A DNA stretch of 64,000 nt from a virus, in the IMG/VR virus record IMGVR_UViG_3300044736_000016, positions 32,001 to 96,000 of that record; one strand, 5' to 3'. The notes under the pieces were generated by a model. It was not told where the DNA came from. It did no database searches and saw only the letters and a list, made by a program, of their open reading frames with translations. Position numbers and translations under genes: made by a program. Shown one piece after another: positions 1-8,744 of this stretch; the stretch's first letter is position 1; the number at the start of each line of letters is the position of its first letter.

Positions 1-1519
1 GGGTGGACTGCAACAGGAGCGAGGCGAGCAGGACGTTGATGTACACGGACTTGCCGGAGTTCGTCGCCCCGCCGATCAGCAGATGCGGGGTGGTCGTCAG
101 GTCGCCGACCGCGGACTGCCCGGAGAGGTCTGCGCCGAGGGCGATGGCCAGCCCGGTGCGGGCCACGATGCGGAAGGCCGGGGCCTGCACGAGGGACCGC
201 AGGGTGACCAGCTGGGCGGACTTGTTCGGCACCTCGATGCCCACGGCGGCCTTGCCGGGGATCGGCGCCTGGATCCGGATGGTGGCCGCAAGGGCGAGGG
301 ACAGGTCGGTCTGCCGCGTGGTGATGCGCCTGACCGACACGCCGGGGGCAGGCTGTAGGACGTACTGCGTGACCCGCGGGCTGGGGTTGACCTCGATCAC
401 CCGACCCATGACGCCGAAGGATTCCAGCGTGGATTCGATCAGCGAGCGGGTGTTGGCGATCTCCGCTTCCTGCCGAACGCGGTCAGTCTTGCCCTCGTCT
501 AGAAGGTCGATGGGCGGCAGGAGCCACTCTGAGTGCCCCGTCTCCAAATCTGGCAAGACCATGAGCGCGGTCTGTCCGGAGTCGCCAGCTGGATACTGCC
601 CGTCATCCGTGGCGGGTTTTGGAGACTCCGATGGGCGCGGAGGGTTCGCCATGGCCTCTCGCATCGGGCCGGCCAGCCACGGCACGCCCTGCCAGTTGCG
701 TCCAGCCTGAGCGGGAGCGTGCGTCTCGTCCTCCGCAGGCTCCTCCGTGTCGCCGCTCTCCTCGCCACGGATCCATCCCCACAGTCGCTCAGACCGTAGC
801 CCACGCCGCATCCCGTCGCGCATCGCACCGGCCACCACCGGCACATCAAGGTCCACGGCTAGCACCAGGCCGAGGCACGTCAGGCCGACGAACAGCACCA
901 CCGACCACCACGGCCCGACCCAGCCAGCTGCCGAATCCGCCAGCGAACCTCCGACCGACCCTGCCCCGCCCCGCGTCCACGGCACCAACGCGGTCAGCCC
1001 GAGCAGCCCCGGGATAGCGATGCCCACCCCCGCAGCCGAGGCGTGACCGTGCCCCAGCAGCAACCGAACTCCGACCAGCAGCAGACCGGCCACGAGCAGA
1101 GCATCCCCGACCACCCCCAGCCAGTCCGTGAGCATCGAGCCCTGCGGGATGAGCAGGAGCGGGATGGAGAGCAGCGCCGCGATGAGCGCCCCGACGCCGT
1201 GCAGGTTGCGCCGCTGGTCGTGGGTGACCTTGGGCGCCTTGGCGGTACGCCTTGCCGGTCGTCTGGTCCGGGTCGCCATCACGCCTCCTGCGGGAAGGTC
1301 GGGGAACTTGCGGCCGTGCTCTTTCTCATGGCACGGACGGCAGAGCACCATGAGGTTCGCACGCCTGCAGTCGTTCGGTCTGCGGTTCTTGTGGTGAGCC
1401 TGTAGCGCCCGATCCGTCTTGCACCGCTTGCATCTCTGGCCTCGGCGGAACTCGCGGCTGAGGTCGGGCCAGCACTCCGGGTAGTCGGTGCCGGGGTAGA
1501 CGCGGAACGTGGTAGCCAC
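1..1519 (-). CDS. ftsK: HNH domain fused in frame to a membrane-anchored FtsK/SpoIIIE DNA translocase (3' end outside the window); possible second start at ATG 1279
   Basis: Manual translation from GTG 1519 has no stop: CKRC..AHHKNRRPNDCRRANLMVLCRPCHEKEH (HNH), then MATRTRRP at 1279, several hydrophobic segments, LLPPIDLL, IRIQAPIPGKAAVGIEVPN and PHLLIGGATNSGKS (Walker A). Absent from the ORF track because it has no stop in the window. Confidence 0.88.
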   Translation of the reverse strand, partial: MATTFRVYPGTDYPECWPDLSREFRRGQRCKRCKTDRALQAHHKNRRPNDCRRANLMVLCRPCHEKEHGRKFPDLPAGGVMATRTRRPARRTAKAPKVTHDQRRNLHGVGALIAALLSIPLLLIPQGSMLTDWLGVVGDALLVAGLLLVGVRLLLGHGHASAAGVGIAIPGLLGLTALVPWTRGGAGSVGGSLADSAAGWVGPWWSVVLFVGLTCLGLVLAVDLDVPVVAGAMRDGMRRGLRSERLWGWIRGEESGDTEEPAEDETHAPAQAGRNWQGVPWLAGPMREAMANPPRPSESPKPATDDGQYPAGDSGQTALMVLPDLETGHSEWLLPPIDLLDEGKTDRVRQEAEIANTRSLIESTLESFGVMGRVIEVNPSPRVTQYVLQPAPGVSVRRITTRQTDLSLALAATIRIQAPIPGKAAVGIEVPNKSAQLVTLRSLVQAPAFRIVARTGLAIALGADLSGQSAVGDLTTTPHLLIGGATNSGKSVYINVLLASLLLQST

Positions 1520-1520
1520 A

Positions 1521-1766
1521 TCACGACGCCTTGGTGTTCCTGAGCACGCGCAGCGCCTGCTTGAGCGGTTCCGCTAATGGGTGCATATCAGAGAAGGTGG
1601 TGGTGGTGGCGACTGCCTCGGCTAGGTCCAGCAGTGCCCGCCGCAGGTCGTCCACCTCGCTCTGCTTAGTGAGGTGGACGCGACACCACTGGCAGACCGG
1701 CTTCTCATGGACAAGCCGCGCTGGCTGCCTGCCGCAGAATACGCACGGACTGCCCGTGGCCATCAC
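1521..1766 (-). CDS. Small Cys-rich phage protein
   Basis: CVFC..CQWC motifs; overlaps the upstream gene. Confidence 0.6.
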   Translation of the reverse strand: MMATGSPCVFCGRQPARLVHEKPVCQWCRVHLTKQSEVDDLRRALLDLAEAVATTTTFSDMHPLAEPLKQALRVLRNTKAS

Positions 1767-2062
1767 TCGCCCTCGGCAGCCTTGCGGGCTACGTCGTACG
1801 CCGCCAGCGCGTCTCGCAGCACAGGGTCATGGTCGGCGTGGGCGCGAGCCGCGGTGACGACGGGTTGCAGGATGCTCACCAGAGGGCGCAAGCGGTCAGC
1901 AACCGCCATCCCCGTCGCCTCAGCCGAGGTCACCATGATCGCGGTGAACTCCTCTGCCGTCGCGATACTGGCCTGTGGATCGACCGAGTAGACCCAAGCG
2001 GTCACCATGCCGCGGATCTTCGCGATCTCTGCGTCTGGGATCTTGATCTGGTCCACGGTCAC
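1763..2062 (-). CDS. Hypothetical phage protein
   Basis: 4-bp start/stop overlaps on both sides. Confidence 0.6.
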   Translation of the reverse strand: MTVDQIKIPDAEIAKIRGMVTAWVYSVDPQASIATAEEFTAIMVTSAEATGMAVADRLRPLVSILQPVVTAARAHADHDPVLRDALAAYDVARKAAEGE

Positions 2063-2460
2063 CTATCCTCAGGTGCCAGCGCGGATCCGGTCGGCCGCTC
2101 GTACTCGTCGGCCAGCAGCGTGGTCAGAGCGTCGATGGCAGGGACTAGACCACTCGGCGGCGGGAGGTATCCGAGTGCCAGCCGCTTCTCACGTTCCTTC
2201 CGTGCCGCTCGCATCTCGGGATTGGACCACACGCGATTCACGGCCTCAGCGGCGTCGAGAAGGCCATCACGCTGACGCCGCAACTCGCCCACAGTCCGCG
2301 CCGCTGCGTCCGCCTCTGCCTCCATCGCCGTGAGCCTAGCCTCCAACTCCGCGACCAGTTCCATCAGCCGTGCGTTTTCTGCCATCCCCGCCACGGTCCG
2401 ATCATGGACGATGTTGGACTGCTCGGCCATGTCGGCGGCGATCTCGTTGAGGTCACGCAT
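2059..2460 (-). CDS. Coiled-coil hypothetical protein
   Basis: Likely start MRDLNEI at 2460; heptad-like composition. Confidence 0.6.
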   Translation of the reverse strand: MRDLNEIAADMAEQSNIVHDRTVAGMAENARLMELVAELEARLTAMEAEADAAARTVGELRRQRDGLLDAAEAVNRVWSNPEMRAARKEREKRLALGYLPPPSGLVPAIDALTTLLADEYERPTGSALAPEDR

Positions 2461-2788
2461 CGCCCATTTCCGCAAGGGTAGTGTCGACGTCGTCCACGAG
2501 TTTGGTGATCGACTTCGCCCAGTCGTCGGTCGGCGGGGCCACTTCGGTGTACCCACTGAGCACCAGCGCGGCCTCGCGTAATAGCGCTCGCCATCCCGCC
2601 TCCCGCTGCAGGATGTACCGAGCCAGTACCCGGTCGTACTCCTTCGTGTGCTCCTGGAGGGCTGCGTAGTCGTCAGGGTGACGGACCGCGTCGTCCCCTA
2701 CGCCAGCCTGCCGCCTCGCCTCGTCCTGATAGATGGCGTGAATCTTGGCGCTCAGCCTCTCCACGGCCTCGGGGTCGAAGTCAGCCAT
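2453..2788 (-). CDS. Small protein with a RyR-domain-like motif
   Basis: ERLSAKIH..HPDDYAALQEHTKEYDR resembles the RyR repeat consensus; likely start MADFDP at 2788. Confidence 0.5.
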   Translation of the reverse strand: MADFDPEAVERLSAKIHAIYQDEARRQAGVGDDAVRHPDDYAALQEHTKEYDRVLARYILQREAGWRALLREAALVLSGYTEVAPPTDDWAKSITKLVDDVDTTLAEMGDA

Positions 2789-3077
2789 CGCCGAATGCCT
2801 CCGCTGTCTTCTCTGTGGTGGTTGGTGGCGGCGTCCAGCCTTGGGCGACCAACTCGTGCACCAGATCGTCGTGGATGTCGTGTTTTCCAATAGCCCGGAT
2901 GCGTCCGTTGGCCTCTCCGGTGTAACTGGTGATCGCCACCCAGCGACGGGAAAAGGGCTGAAGGCGGATGAGGATGGGGTGCTGGCGATGACAGCCTGCC
3001 TCGTTGCAGCAGCGGTTCCGAGGCTGCGGCGCTCTCATCGGGTGAGCCTCGTGGAGCCGTTCGGTCTCCTCAGCCAT
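2781..3077 (-). CDS. Hypothetical phage protein
   Basis: Overlap-coupled ORF in the leftward operon. Confidence 0.55.
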   Translation of the reverse strand: MAEETERLHEAHPMRAPQPRNRCCNEAGCHRQHPILIRLQPFSRRWVAITSYTGEANGRIRAIGKHDIHDDLVHELVAQGWTPPPTTTEKTAEAFGDG

Positions 3078-3456
3078 GGTCTAACGCCTCCACGAGCCGA
3101 TCTAGTGCAGCCTTGCAATCGCGCAGGTTCTGGCCCTGTTTCATGGTGATGTAGCAGAGCCCGAAGTCCTCGGCGCGTCCACTCCACAGCCGTGCTACCT
3201 CTCGCGCCGCGGTGATGGCTGCTACCTCCTGCTGTGCCTTGGGCCTCCAGTCCTCGCGAAGCTGGGCTATCACCGCACGGAGACGCGTGATCTCGGCCTC
3301 CAACTCCGCGATCTGGGCCAGCCTCTCTCGTTCGATCGCCATGCACCATTGGTCGGAGTGCTCACGTACACCATGGCAAGTGTCATCGCCAGTACCGGTT
3401 GGCAGTAGTGGGCGGCATCCGTCGCAGTGAATGCTCCTAGTCGGCTCGTCGGTCAT
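3070..3456 (-). CDS. Hypothetical phage protein (Cys/His N-terminus, coiled coil)
   Basis: Start MTDEPT at 3456 preceded by a GAGGAGG RBS. Confidence 0.6.
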   Translation of the reverse strand: MTDEPTRSIHCDGCRPLLPTGTGDDTCHGVREHSDQWCMAIERERLAQIAELEAEITRLRAVIAQLREDWRPKAQQEVAAITAAREVARLWSGRAEDFGLCYITMKQGQNLRDCKAALDRLVEALDHG

Positions 3457-3498
3457 CGGTCCTCCTCCTCTGGTCGGCAACGAAGATGTGACGTGGTG

Positions 3499-3527
3499 TT
3501 GCATGTAAGGCAGGTTACGCGTATACT
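3499..3527 (+). promoter_or_regulatory. Sigma70-type promoter, leaderless
   Basis: TTGCAT-N17-TATACT, 6 nt before ATG 3534. Confidence 0.75.
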
Positions 3528-3533
3528 ACTGGC

Positions 3534-3731
3534 ATGGACACCACGCCACGGAGCACCGAGATGATCCTCTTCGAGTACACCTGCGCCGACTGCACTCGCG
3601 GCGGTAGGGGCTGGGTCACGGTGGATGCCCTTGTCGATCACTTCCAGAACGATCATGCGGATCTCTGGACCCCCGAGACCATCGCAGCCGAGGTCGCCGA
3701 GCAGACCGCCATGAAGGAGGCCGTCGCATGA
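3534..3731 (+). CDS. Small C2H2 zinc-finger-like protein
   Basis: CADC...HFQNDH. Confidence 0.65.
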   Translation: MDTTPRSTEMILFEYTCADCTRGGRGWVTVDALVDHFQNDHADLWTPETIAAEVAEQTAMKEAVA

Positions 3732-4015
3732 GCGTCAACCGCCCCGATCCGCCCGCCAACCCCAACCCGCACTATCTGTGCGTCTACTGCGAGAGTCTGT
3801 TCGATATCCCCGTCGACCTCTGGGTGCACAGCCTTGCTGAGCATGCAGCAGAGTGGACCGACCTTGCCGAACTCGCCGAGGAGATCGCTGACCAAGGGCG
3901 AGAGTACACATGGGCCGAGGAGATAGATCGTCGCGGTGCCATCCTGCACGCAATCCGCCTGCACTACGGTCACATCCCCGACGCGAGCGTCGTGCTCGCC
4001 GATTGGCCTCGCTGA
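3728..4015 (+). CDS. Small C2H2 zinc-finger-like protein
   Basis: CVYC...HSLAEH; ATGA overlap and AAGGAGG RBS. Confidence 0.65.
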   Translation: MSVNRPDPPANPNPHYLCVYCESLFDIPVDLWVHSLAEHAAEWTDLAELAEEIADQGREYTWAEEIDRRGAILHAIRLHYGHIPDASVVLADWPR

Positions 4016-4219
4016 ATGCCCCGCCCGCGCACCCGCCAAACCGTCATCGCGCTCTACGGCCCCGGCCTCAAACTGTGCCCTGTGTGCGGGCTCTACTTCG
4101 CCCCACCGCCTGCCGAGCCCGGTCATCGTCGCCGTTGGGCTGACCGTACGTACTGCTCCGCTGGCTGCCGGACGTCCGCTGCCCGGACTCGCAAGAACGC
4201 TGAGGCTGAGGCTGGCTGA
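4016..4219 (+). CDS. Small zinc-finger protein (CxxC..CSxxCR)
   Basis: CPVC...YCSAGCR. Confidence 0.65.
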   Translation: MPRPRTRQTVIALYGPGLKLCPVCGLYFAPPPAEPGHRRRWADRTYCSAGCRTSAARTRKNAEAEAG

Positions 4220-4271
4220 CCGCGTCACTCCGTCTCCTCCTCGGCGCAGTATCCAGTCTGGAGACTGACGC

Positions 4272-4805
4272 TCACGACGCCTCATCCACGTCGCGATCAG
4301 CCTCGCAGTCTCCGACAGGTGCTGGCGGCACAACCGAAGGCGACGGCAGGGTTGCCTGTCTGATGATCGCCATCACCGTCTCGGTGGCCTCCGCGTACTT
4401 GGAGCCGCGGCTGCGGTTCACCCCGTACACCTGCTCCACGATGAACGGCACGGTGGCTCCGCTGTGGACTAGTTCGATGACCTGCCGATTGACGCTCTCC
4501 GCGATCTCAGGGGCGATCACGGTATTGGTGTCGTGCAGCATCCGAACCTCCGGCCTGCGTAGTGGCTCATTCATGGCCGATGGAGTGATGTCCGTGCCCC
4601 AGTCGAACCCGAAGCTAGCCATCGGCGGAGCCGCCAGATACGCGATGAGTCTGCGCATCGTATCCGGCTCGTCGCGAACGAAGCCAAGGGCACAGTTGCA
4701 GGCATTGCAGATCAGTCCACGTATCTTCCCAGTTTCGTGGTCGTGGTCTACGACCAGTTTCCGGTACTGGGTGCATCCGATGCAGGTGCCGAAGACATTG
4801 CTCAT
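4272..4805 (-). CDS. Recombination endonuclease VII domain protein with a C-terminal extension
   Basis: CIGC..LVVDHDHETGKIRGLICNACNCALG..RRLIAYL. Confidence 0.88.
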   Translation of the reverse strand: MSNVFGTCIGCTQYRKLVVDHDHETGKIRGLICNACNCALGFVRDEPDTMRRLIAYLAAPPMASFGFDWGTDITPSAMNEPLRRPEVRMLHDTNTVIAPEIAESVNRQVIELVHSGATVPFIVEQVYGVNRSRGSKYAEATETVMAIIRQATLPSPSVVPPAPVGDCEADRDVDEAS

Positions 4806-6469
4806 AGGTCATCCTCTCTCGGTTCGTCTTCCATCGGCAGAATGGTCAGCGCAGGCACCGCCTCAGCGCTCGGCGGACGAGGGATCGCACTACGGATCAC
4901 CTCGCTCACCTCGGCGCACGCCGTCACGTATGGTCGCCCGCCCCCCGGCTTGATCCCGTAGATGTCGAGCACGATCTCGGGGACGAGAGACCCTCCGAGG
5001 AACAGTTCCATCACCCGACCCTCCAACACGCGCGCGCGCGAGGGCTCCTCTGTTCCGTATTCGGATGGGGTCGGTCCGGAACAGATCGCGAGCGGCTGGG
5101 AACGGCTCGGGAACAGGGCGGGAACAGTCTGCGGAACAGGCCCGACCGTCAGCCGTGGGCCGTTCGAGGCCAGCATCCGACCCGCCAGAGCGATGGCCTC
5201 GTCGTCCACGCGAGGCACCCAGAGCCGATGCGTTTCGCCCGTCGTCGGTATCACGTAGCACTCGCCTTGGGCCAGCCGCAGGGTGTCGTTCGGCACGCCG
5301 GGAACGAGCATCCGCGCCTCGTCTGGACGCATGCGGTGGATGAAGGCGGCGGCGAGTTGGTTGCGGAACGGGCCGGATTCCCGCTTGCTCCACGTCTGCG
5401 AGATGAACAGCCCGTTGACCATCACCTTGCGTCCCTCGCGGGTGATCGTTCCGGCGTGCTCCGCGATCTCTCCGGTGGTGTCCTCGCCGATGACGCGCCT
5501 CCACTCGTCCACGATTGTGAGCTCGGGCTGACCGTCTTCGATGCCGAGCTTGATGCGCCGCTCGATCTCCTCCACGGTCTCGCGCATGGCGAGCAGGATG
5601 TCCTCGTGGTCGAGGGCGATCGGTCGGATGAACGCGGCCTCGAGCGGGCGAAGGCGACCCGTCAGGCTTTTGGCGCTGATCCGTCCGTGGCCGTCGCAGA
5701 GGCGCAGGCCGGTGCCGATCAGGGCGGCTTGGATGCACAGCCATTCCGCGTCGCGAGACTTGCCAGAGCCCTGATGCCCACCCATCCCGGCCGAGTAGAG
5801 ACCAGCGAACATGTCGCCATCCTCGGTCGGCTCGGAGCGGACTAGGGAACTCGTCGCGGGATCCCAGCCGAGGGCGAGGAGTTGGCCGGGGCCGACCTCG
5901 CGGCGCCGGATGAGTTCGGTCAGCGTCGGCACCTTGACGTCGGCGGGGTTGGTGATGACCACCTCGGGCTCAGCGACGGGGCTGGCGATTCGGCGAGAAT
6001 CGTGGACCGCGTAGTGCTGTAGGCCAGCAGGCAGGGCTGGATTCGTCGCTAGCAGGTTGCGGGTCTGCATGGCGCCAGAGTTGATGGCGATTCGCAGTTC
6101 TGGCGTCAGCCCCTGATACGCCACCGCCCCGGTGAGCCTGTCCGGCATGTCACGCTTGCGCCAGAAGTGCCACCCGAGCGCAGCCGGAGATCCGACCGCT
6201 CCCACGAACACCGCAAACAGCACGCCGTCCTCTACCAACCGCAGCCACGTCGTCGGCCGGTCGAAGTGCCACTCGCTGTCTAGCTTGGCGTTTACGGCGT
6301 CGATCTTGGCCTGCCGTTGCTCTTGGCTGAGCCGAAGGTCGGTCTCGATGCGAACCTGCTCTTGTGTCGGGCCGGGGGTGGTGATCGCAGACCAGCAGAA
6401 GCCAATGCCGCATGCGCAGAACCCGGCAGCTGCGAGAGAACCGGCCCAGCGGACGTGCGAGTGGCTCAC
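4802..6469 (-). CDS. Membrane-anchored FtsK/HerA-superfamily ATPase
   Basis: Likely start GTG 6469 (GTGA overlap). Two hydrophobic segments, GGHQGSGKS Walker A, LTIVDEW Walker B, GRK..LFISQ motif. Confidence 0.8.
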   Translation of the reverse strand: MSHSHVRWAGSLAAAGFCACGIGFCWSAITTPGPTQEQVRIETDLRLSQEQRQAKIDAVNAKLDSEWHFDRPTTWLRLVEDGVLFAVFVGAVGSPAALGWHFWRKRDMPDRLTGAVAYQGLTPELRIAINSGAMQTRNLLATNPALPAGLQHYAVHDSRRIASPVAEPEVVITNPADVKVPTLTELIRRREVGPGQLLALGWDPATSSLVRSEPTEDGDMFAGLYSAGMGGHQGSGKSRDAEWLCIQAALIGTGLRLCDGHGRISAKSLTGRLRPLEAAFIRPIALDHEDILLAMRETVEEIERRIKLGIEDGQPELTIVDEWRRVIGEDTTGEIAEHAGTITREGRKVMVNGLFISQTWSKRESGPFRNQLAAAFIHRMRPDEARMLVPGVPNDTLRLAQGECYVIPTTGETHRLWVPRVDDEAIALAGRMLASNGPRLTVGPVPQTVPALFPSRSQPLAICSGPTPSEYGTEEPSRARVLEGRVMELFLGGSLVPEIVLDIYGIKPGGGRPYVTACAEVSEVIRSAIPRPPSAEAVPALTILPMEDEPREDDL

Positions 6470-6762
6470 GAAGCAGCCTCGTCCCGACCGCCTCGGAGAG
6501 CGTGCATCCGGGACGCCGGGAGGCTCAGCGACGTCTCCTGCCGGGGGATGCGGTAGACGTCTGGACGGTGGACGATCACGCCGCGGACTGGCTGAGGCGC
6601 AGGGCTGGAGGCCGCGGACTGGATACGGACGAGCGCCCGCACGAACCAGAGCAGGAACAGCGGCACGGCGACGACGGCCACGAGCGTCTGGTACAGCGGC
6701 ACGTGCATGCCCAGATCGAAGGCCACAGCAGCGACGACGAGCAGGGCGGCAGCGGGGATCAT
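6466..6762 (-). CDS. Small 2-TM membrane protein
   Basis: Two hydrophobic stretches; coupled to the ATPase gene. Confidence 0.65.
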   Translation of the reverse strand: MIPAAALLVVAAVAFDLGMHVPLYQTLVAVVAVPLFLLWFVRALVRIQSAASSPAPQPVRGVIVHRPDVYRIPRQETSLSLPASRMHALRGGRDEAAS

Positions 6763-7010
6763 TCGTCTCCCTCCTCGGCGTTCGCTGCATCTGCACGGAT
6801 CTCCTCCAGCACCTCGTCCGGGTGGCGCATACCCACCCGGACGCAGGCGCGGATCACCCGCGAGAGCGAGTAGAGCTTTGAGGGCACTGCAACGACGGTC
6901 TGGTACAAGGCGTGGGCTCGGTCCCCCATCTCGCGGAGCCAGTCCCGCTCAGCGTGGGTAAAGTAGCCATGCAGCCCGATGTGCTTGCGCACCCGCTGTG
7001 CCTCGCTCAG
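6759..7010 (-). CDS. Small putative DNA-binding protein (ribbon-helix-helix-like); start uncertain, possibly CTG 7010
   Basis: IGLHGYFT..LSRVIRACVRVG pattern. Confidence 0.4.
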   Translation of the reverse strand: MSEAQRVRKHIGLHGYFTHAERDWLREMGDRAHALYQTVVAVPSKLYSLSRVIRACVRVGMRHPDEVLEEIRADAANAEEGDE

Positions 7011-7237
7011 TAGCTCGCGGTGAGGCGGTAGCGGGCCGGGGTGCCGTTGCCGTCGCCCGGGACGTGGTCGATGCGGACGAGCGTTGCCGCACCTCCCTTG
7101 CTGGTGCGGGCGCGCAGCCGTCCGATCCGCTCGTGCAGGTCGACCAGCGGCATCTCCCCGCCGATGGTGATGGCGACGTCTCGGTGCTCCTCCTCCGTGA
7201 ACTCTGCGTCGAGGGTGGCCTTGGGGGTCTTCGCCAT
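7007..7237 (-). CDS. Hypothetical protein, first gene of the leftward operon
   Basis: GGAG RBS before ATG. Confidence 0.6.
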   Translation of the reverse strand: MAKTPKATLDAEFTEEEHRDVAITIGGEMPLVDLHERIGRLRARTSKGGAATLVRIDHVPGDGNGTPARYRLTASY

Positions 7238-7440
7238 GGTTGGGTCTCCGTGGTGGTGGTTGATGCTGCGGACTATACAGGGTCATGAGGCCGTGAGGCT
7301 ACGGGGTCGGACCATCATGGCATTCCGATGCCTCGGGCGCGCCTGTACGGGCGTGGTGCGGGCTACGTGCGTGCGTGCGAGGATCGCGGGTCAGATGCGA
7401 GGAGCAGAGCAACACCAGAGACCACGGGTTTGCTCACGAC

Positions 7441-7471
7441 TTGCACATCACCACTGCGCATGGTGTATCTT
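7441..7471 (+). promoter_or_regulatory. Putative rightward promoter in the divergent control region
   Basis: TTGCAC-N19-TATCTT (spacer is long). Confidence 0.4.
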
Positions 7472-7482
7472 TCGCAGCGTGA

Positions 7483-7587
7483 CGGCTTGCACGGATTGGG
7501 AAGGTTGCCCGCCACAGAGAGGCGGTGGATCAGCGACCCACCCACTCCGCACCTCTCCACACTCATCCGCAGATGAGGAGCAAGCCG
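7483..7587 (+). ncRNA. Structured leader or small RNA candidate
   Basis: CGGCTTGC/GCAAGCCG closing helix; nested CGGA-TGGG-GGTTGC-CCGCC / GGCGG-GCGACC-CCCA-TCCG arm; CTCATC-cgca-GATGAG hairpin. Confidence 0.5.
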
Positions 7588-7765
7588 CCGGGAGACCGCG
7601 AACGACAGGCGCATCCCGCACCACCATGCTGACTGACGATGTTATGGCACTTGCAGCGGAACTCTTTGACGATCTGCGCTCCCAACAACTTCCATGGACT
7701 TGCCCAGCGTGTCAGGCAGTGATGCTGGCGAAGTGCTCCGAGGGTATCGAGGCGCGAGCGCAGCC

Positions 7766-8551
7766 GTGAGCACAGAGCCGAAGCCGTTGTGGCAGATAAT
7801 GCCCGAGATGAGCGAGGCAGAGTTCCAGCGGTTCGTGAACCGGATCGCTGCGCATGGATACCTGTCCAGCCAAGAGGTGCTTGTCGACCGCGATGGCCAG
7901 ATCATCGACGGCCACCACCGGGCTCGGGCCTGTGCGGCACTGGGTATCGAGTATCCGCGCCGCGTTCTTGACCAGGAGATGACCGACGACGAGAAGTGGG
8001 AGATCGTCTGGCTCATCAACGTCTCACGCCGTCACCTGACCCTCGATCAGCAGCGTGACCTCGTCCGCCAGTGGTTGAAGCGGCACCCTGAGACCTCCAA
8101 CCGCAGCGTGGCAGCCGACGTAGGTGTGGATGACAAGACTGTCGGCAAGATCAGGGGCGAACTGGAGGCGTCTGCGGAAATTCCGCAGACGGTGCGTCCC
8201 CACCAGCGTCAGGACCAGAGGCGCAACGGTGTGCCTACCGACGATCCGGAGCCTGACACCGTCGAGGCTGACGAGCGCGAGTTGATGACCGACGTAGCCG
8301 ATCACCGCAACGGAGTGTGGTTCGAGGTCACCATCGGGTATCCGGCTCCGAGCCAAGTCGCACGCCAGCGTGGCGACCTCCCCTACTCGCGTGAATCCGA
8401 GCGCCGTGAGTGGCACTCCACGCGGCTGTACCTGACCGCTCCAGCCCCACAGTCCCTGATGGATGGCGCCTCGGTGGTGAAAGAACTCGCCGAATCCCTC
8501 TGGCGTCAGATGCAGGCCGACCCCTTGCTCACGATGCTGATCCATGCCTGA
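7766..8551 (+). CDS. ParB N-terminal domain plus HTH protein
   Basis: IIDGHHRARAC, NVSRRHLT, SNRSVAADVGVDDKTV; GTG 7766 overlaps the upstream stop. Confidence 0.85.
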   Translation: MSTEPKPLWQIMPEMSEAEFQRFVNRIAAHGYLSSQEVLVDRDGQIIDGHHRARACAALGIEYPRRVLDQEMTDDEKWEIVWLINVSRRHLTLDQQRDLVRQWLKRHPETSNRSVAADVGVDDKTVGKIRGELEASAEIPQTVRPHQRQDQRRNGVPTDDPEPDTVEADERELMTDVADHRNGVWFEVTIGYPAPSQVARQRGDLPYSRESERREWHSTRLYLTAPAPQSLMDGASVVKELAESLWRQMQADPLLTMLIHA

Positions 8552-8744
8552 GACGCGCCCGACCTTCGCCGATGAGGTGGACGCCATGCTGATGGCAGAG
8601 CGTGAGCCACCCGCCTACAACATGGCCGCCTCCTGCGTGACGTGCGGCGTGGAGATGCAGCCCGAGTCGGTGATCGCTGAGGTTGGCGCGGTGAACTGGC
8701 AGTGCCCGACGTGCCATGTGGTGGTGAAGGTGCGCGTCCGGTGA
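8544..8744 (+). CDS. Small zinc-ribbon protein
   Basis: CVTC..CPTC. Confidence 0.55.
   Translation: MPETRPTFADEVDAMLMAEREPPAYNMAASCVTCGVEMQPESVIAEVGAVNWQCPTCHVVVKVRVR

Noticed and set aside
3-710. 235-aa plus-strand ORF
   Set aside because: It is the antisense shadow of FtsK and has no recognisable motifs.
1279-1524. 81-aa minus-strand ORF from the track
   Set aside because: Wrong frame; the overlapping frame from 1519 encodes a clear HNH domain.
6470-6796. Extended N-terminus of the 664-aa ATPase ORF
   Set aside because: It overlaps a credible membrane-protein gene, and GTG 6469 is overlap-coupled.
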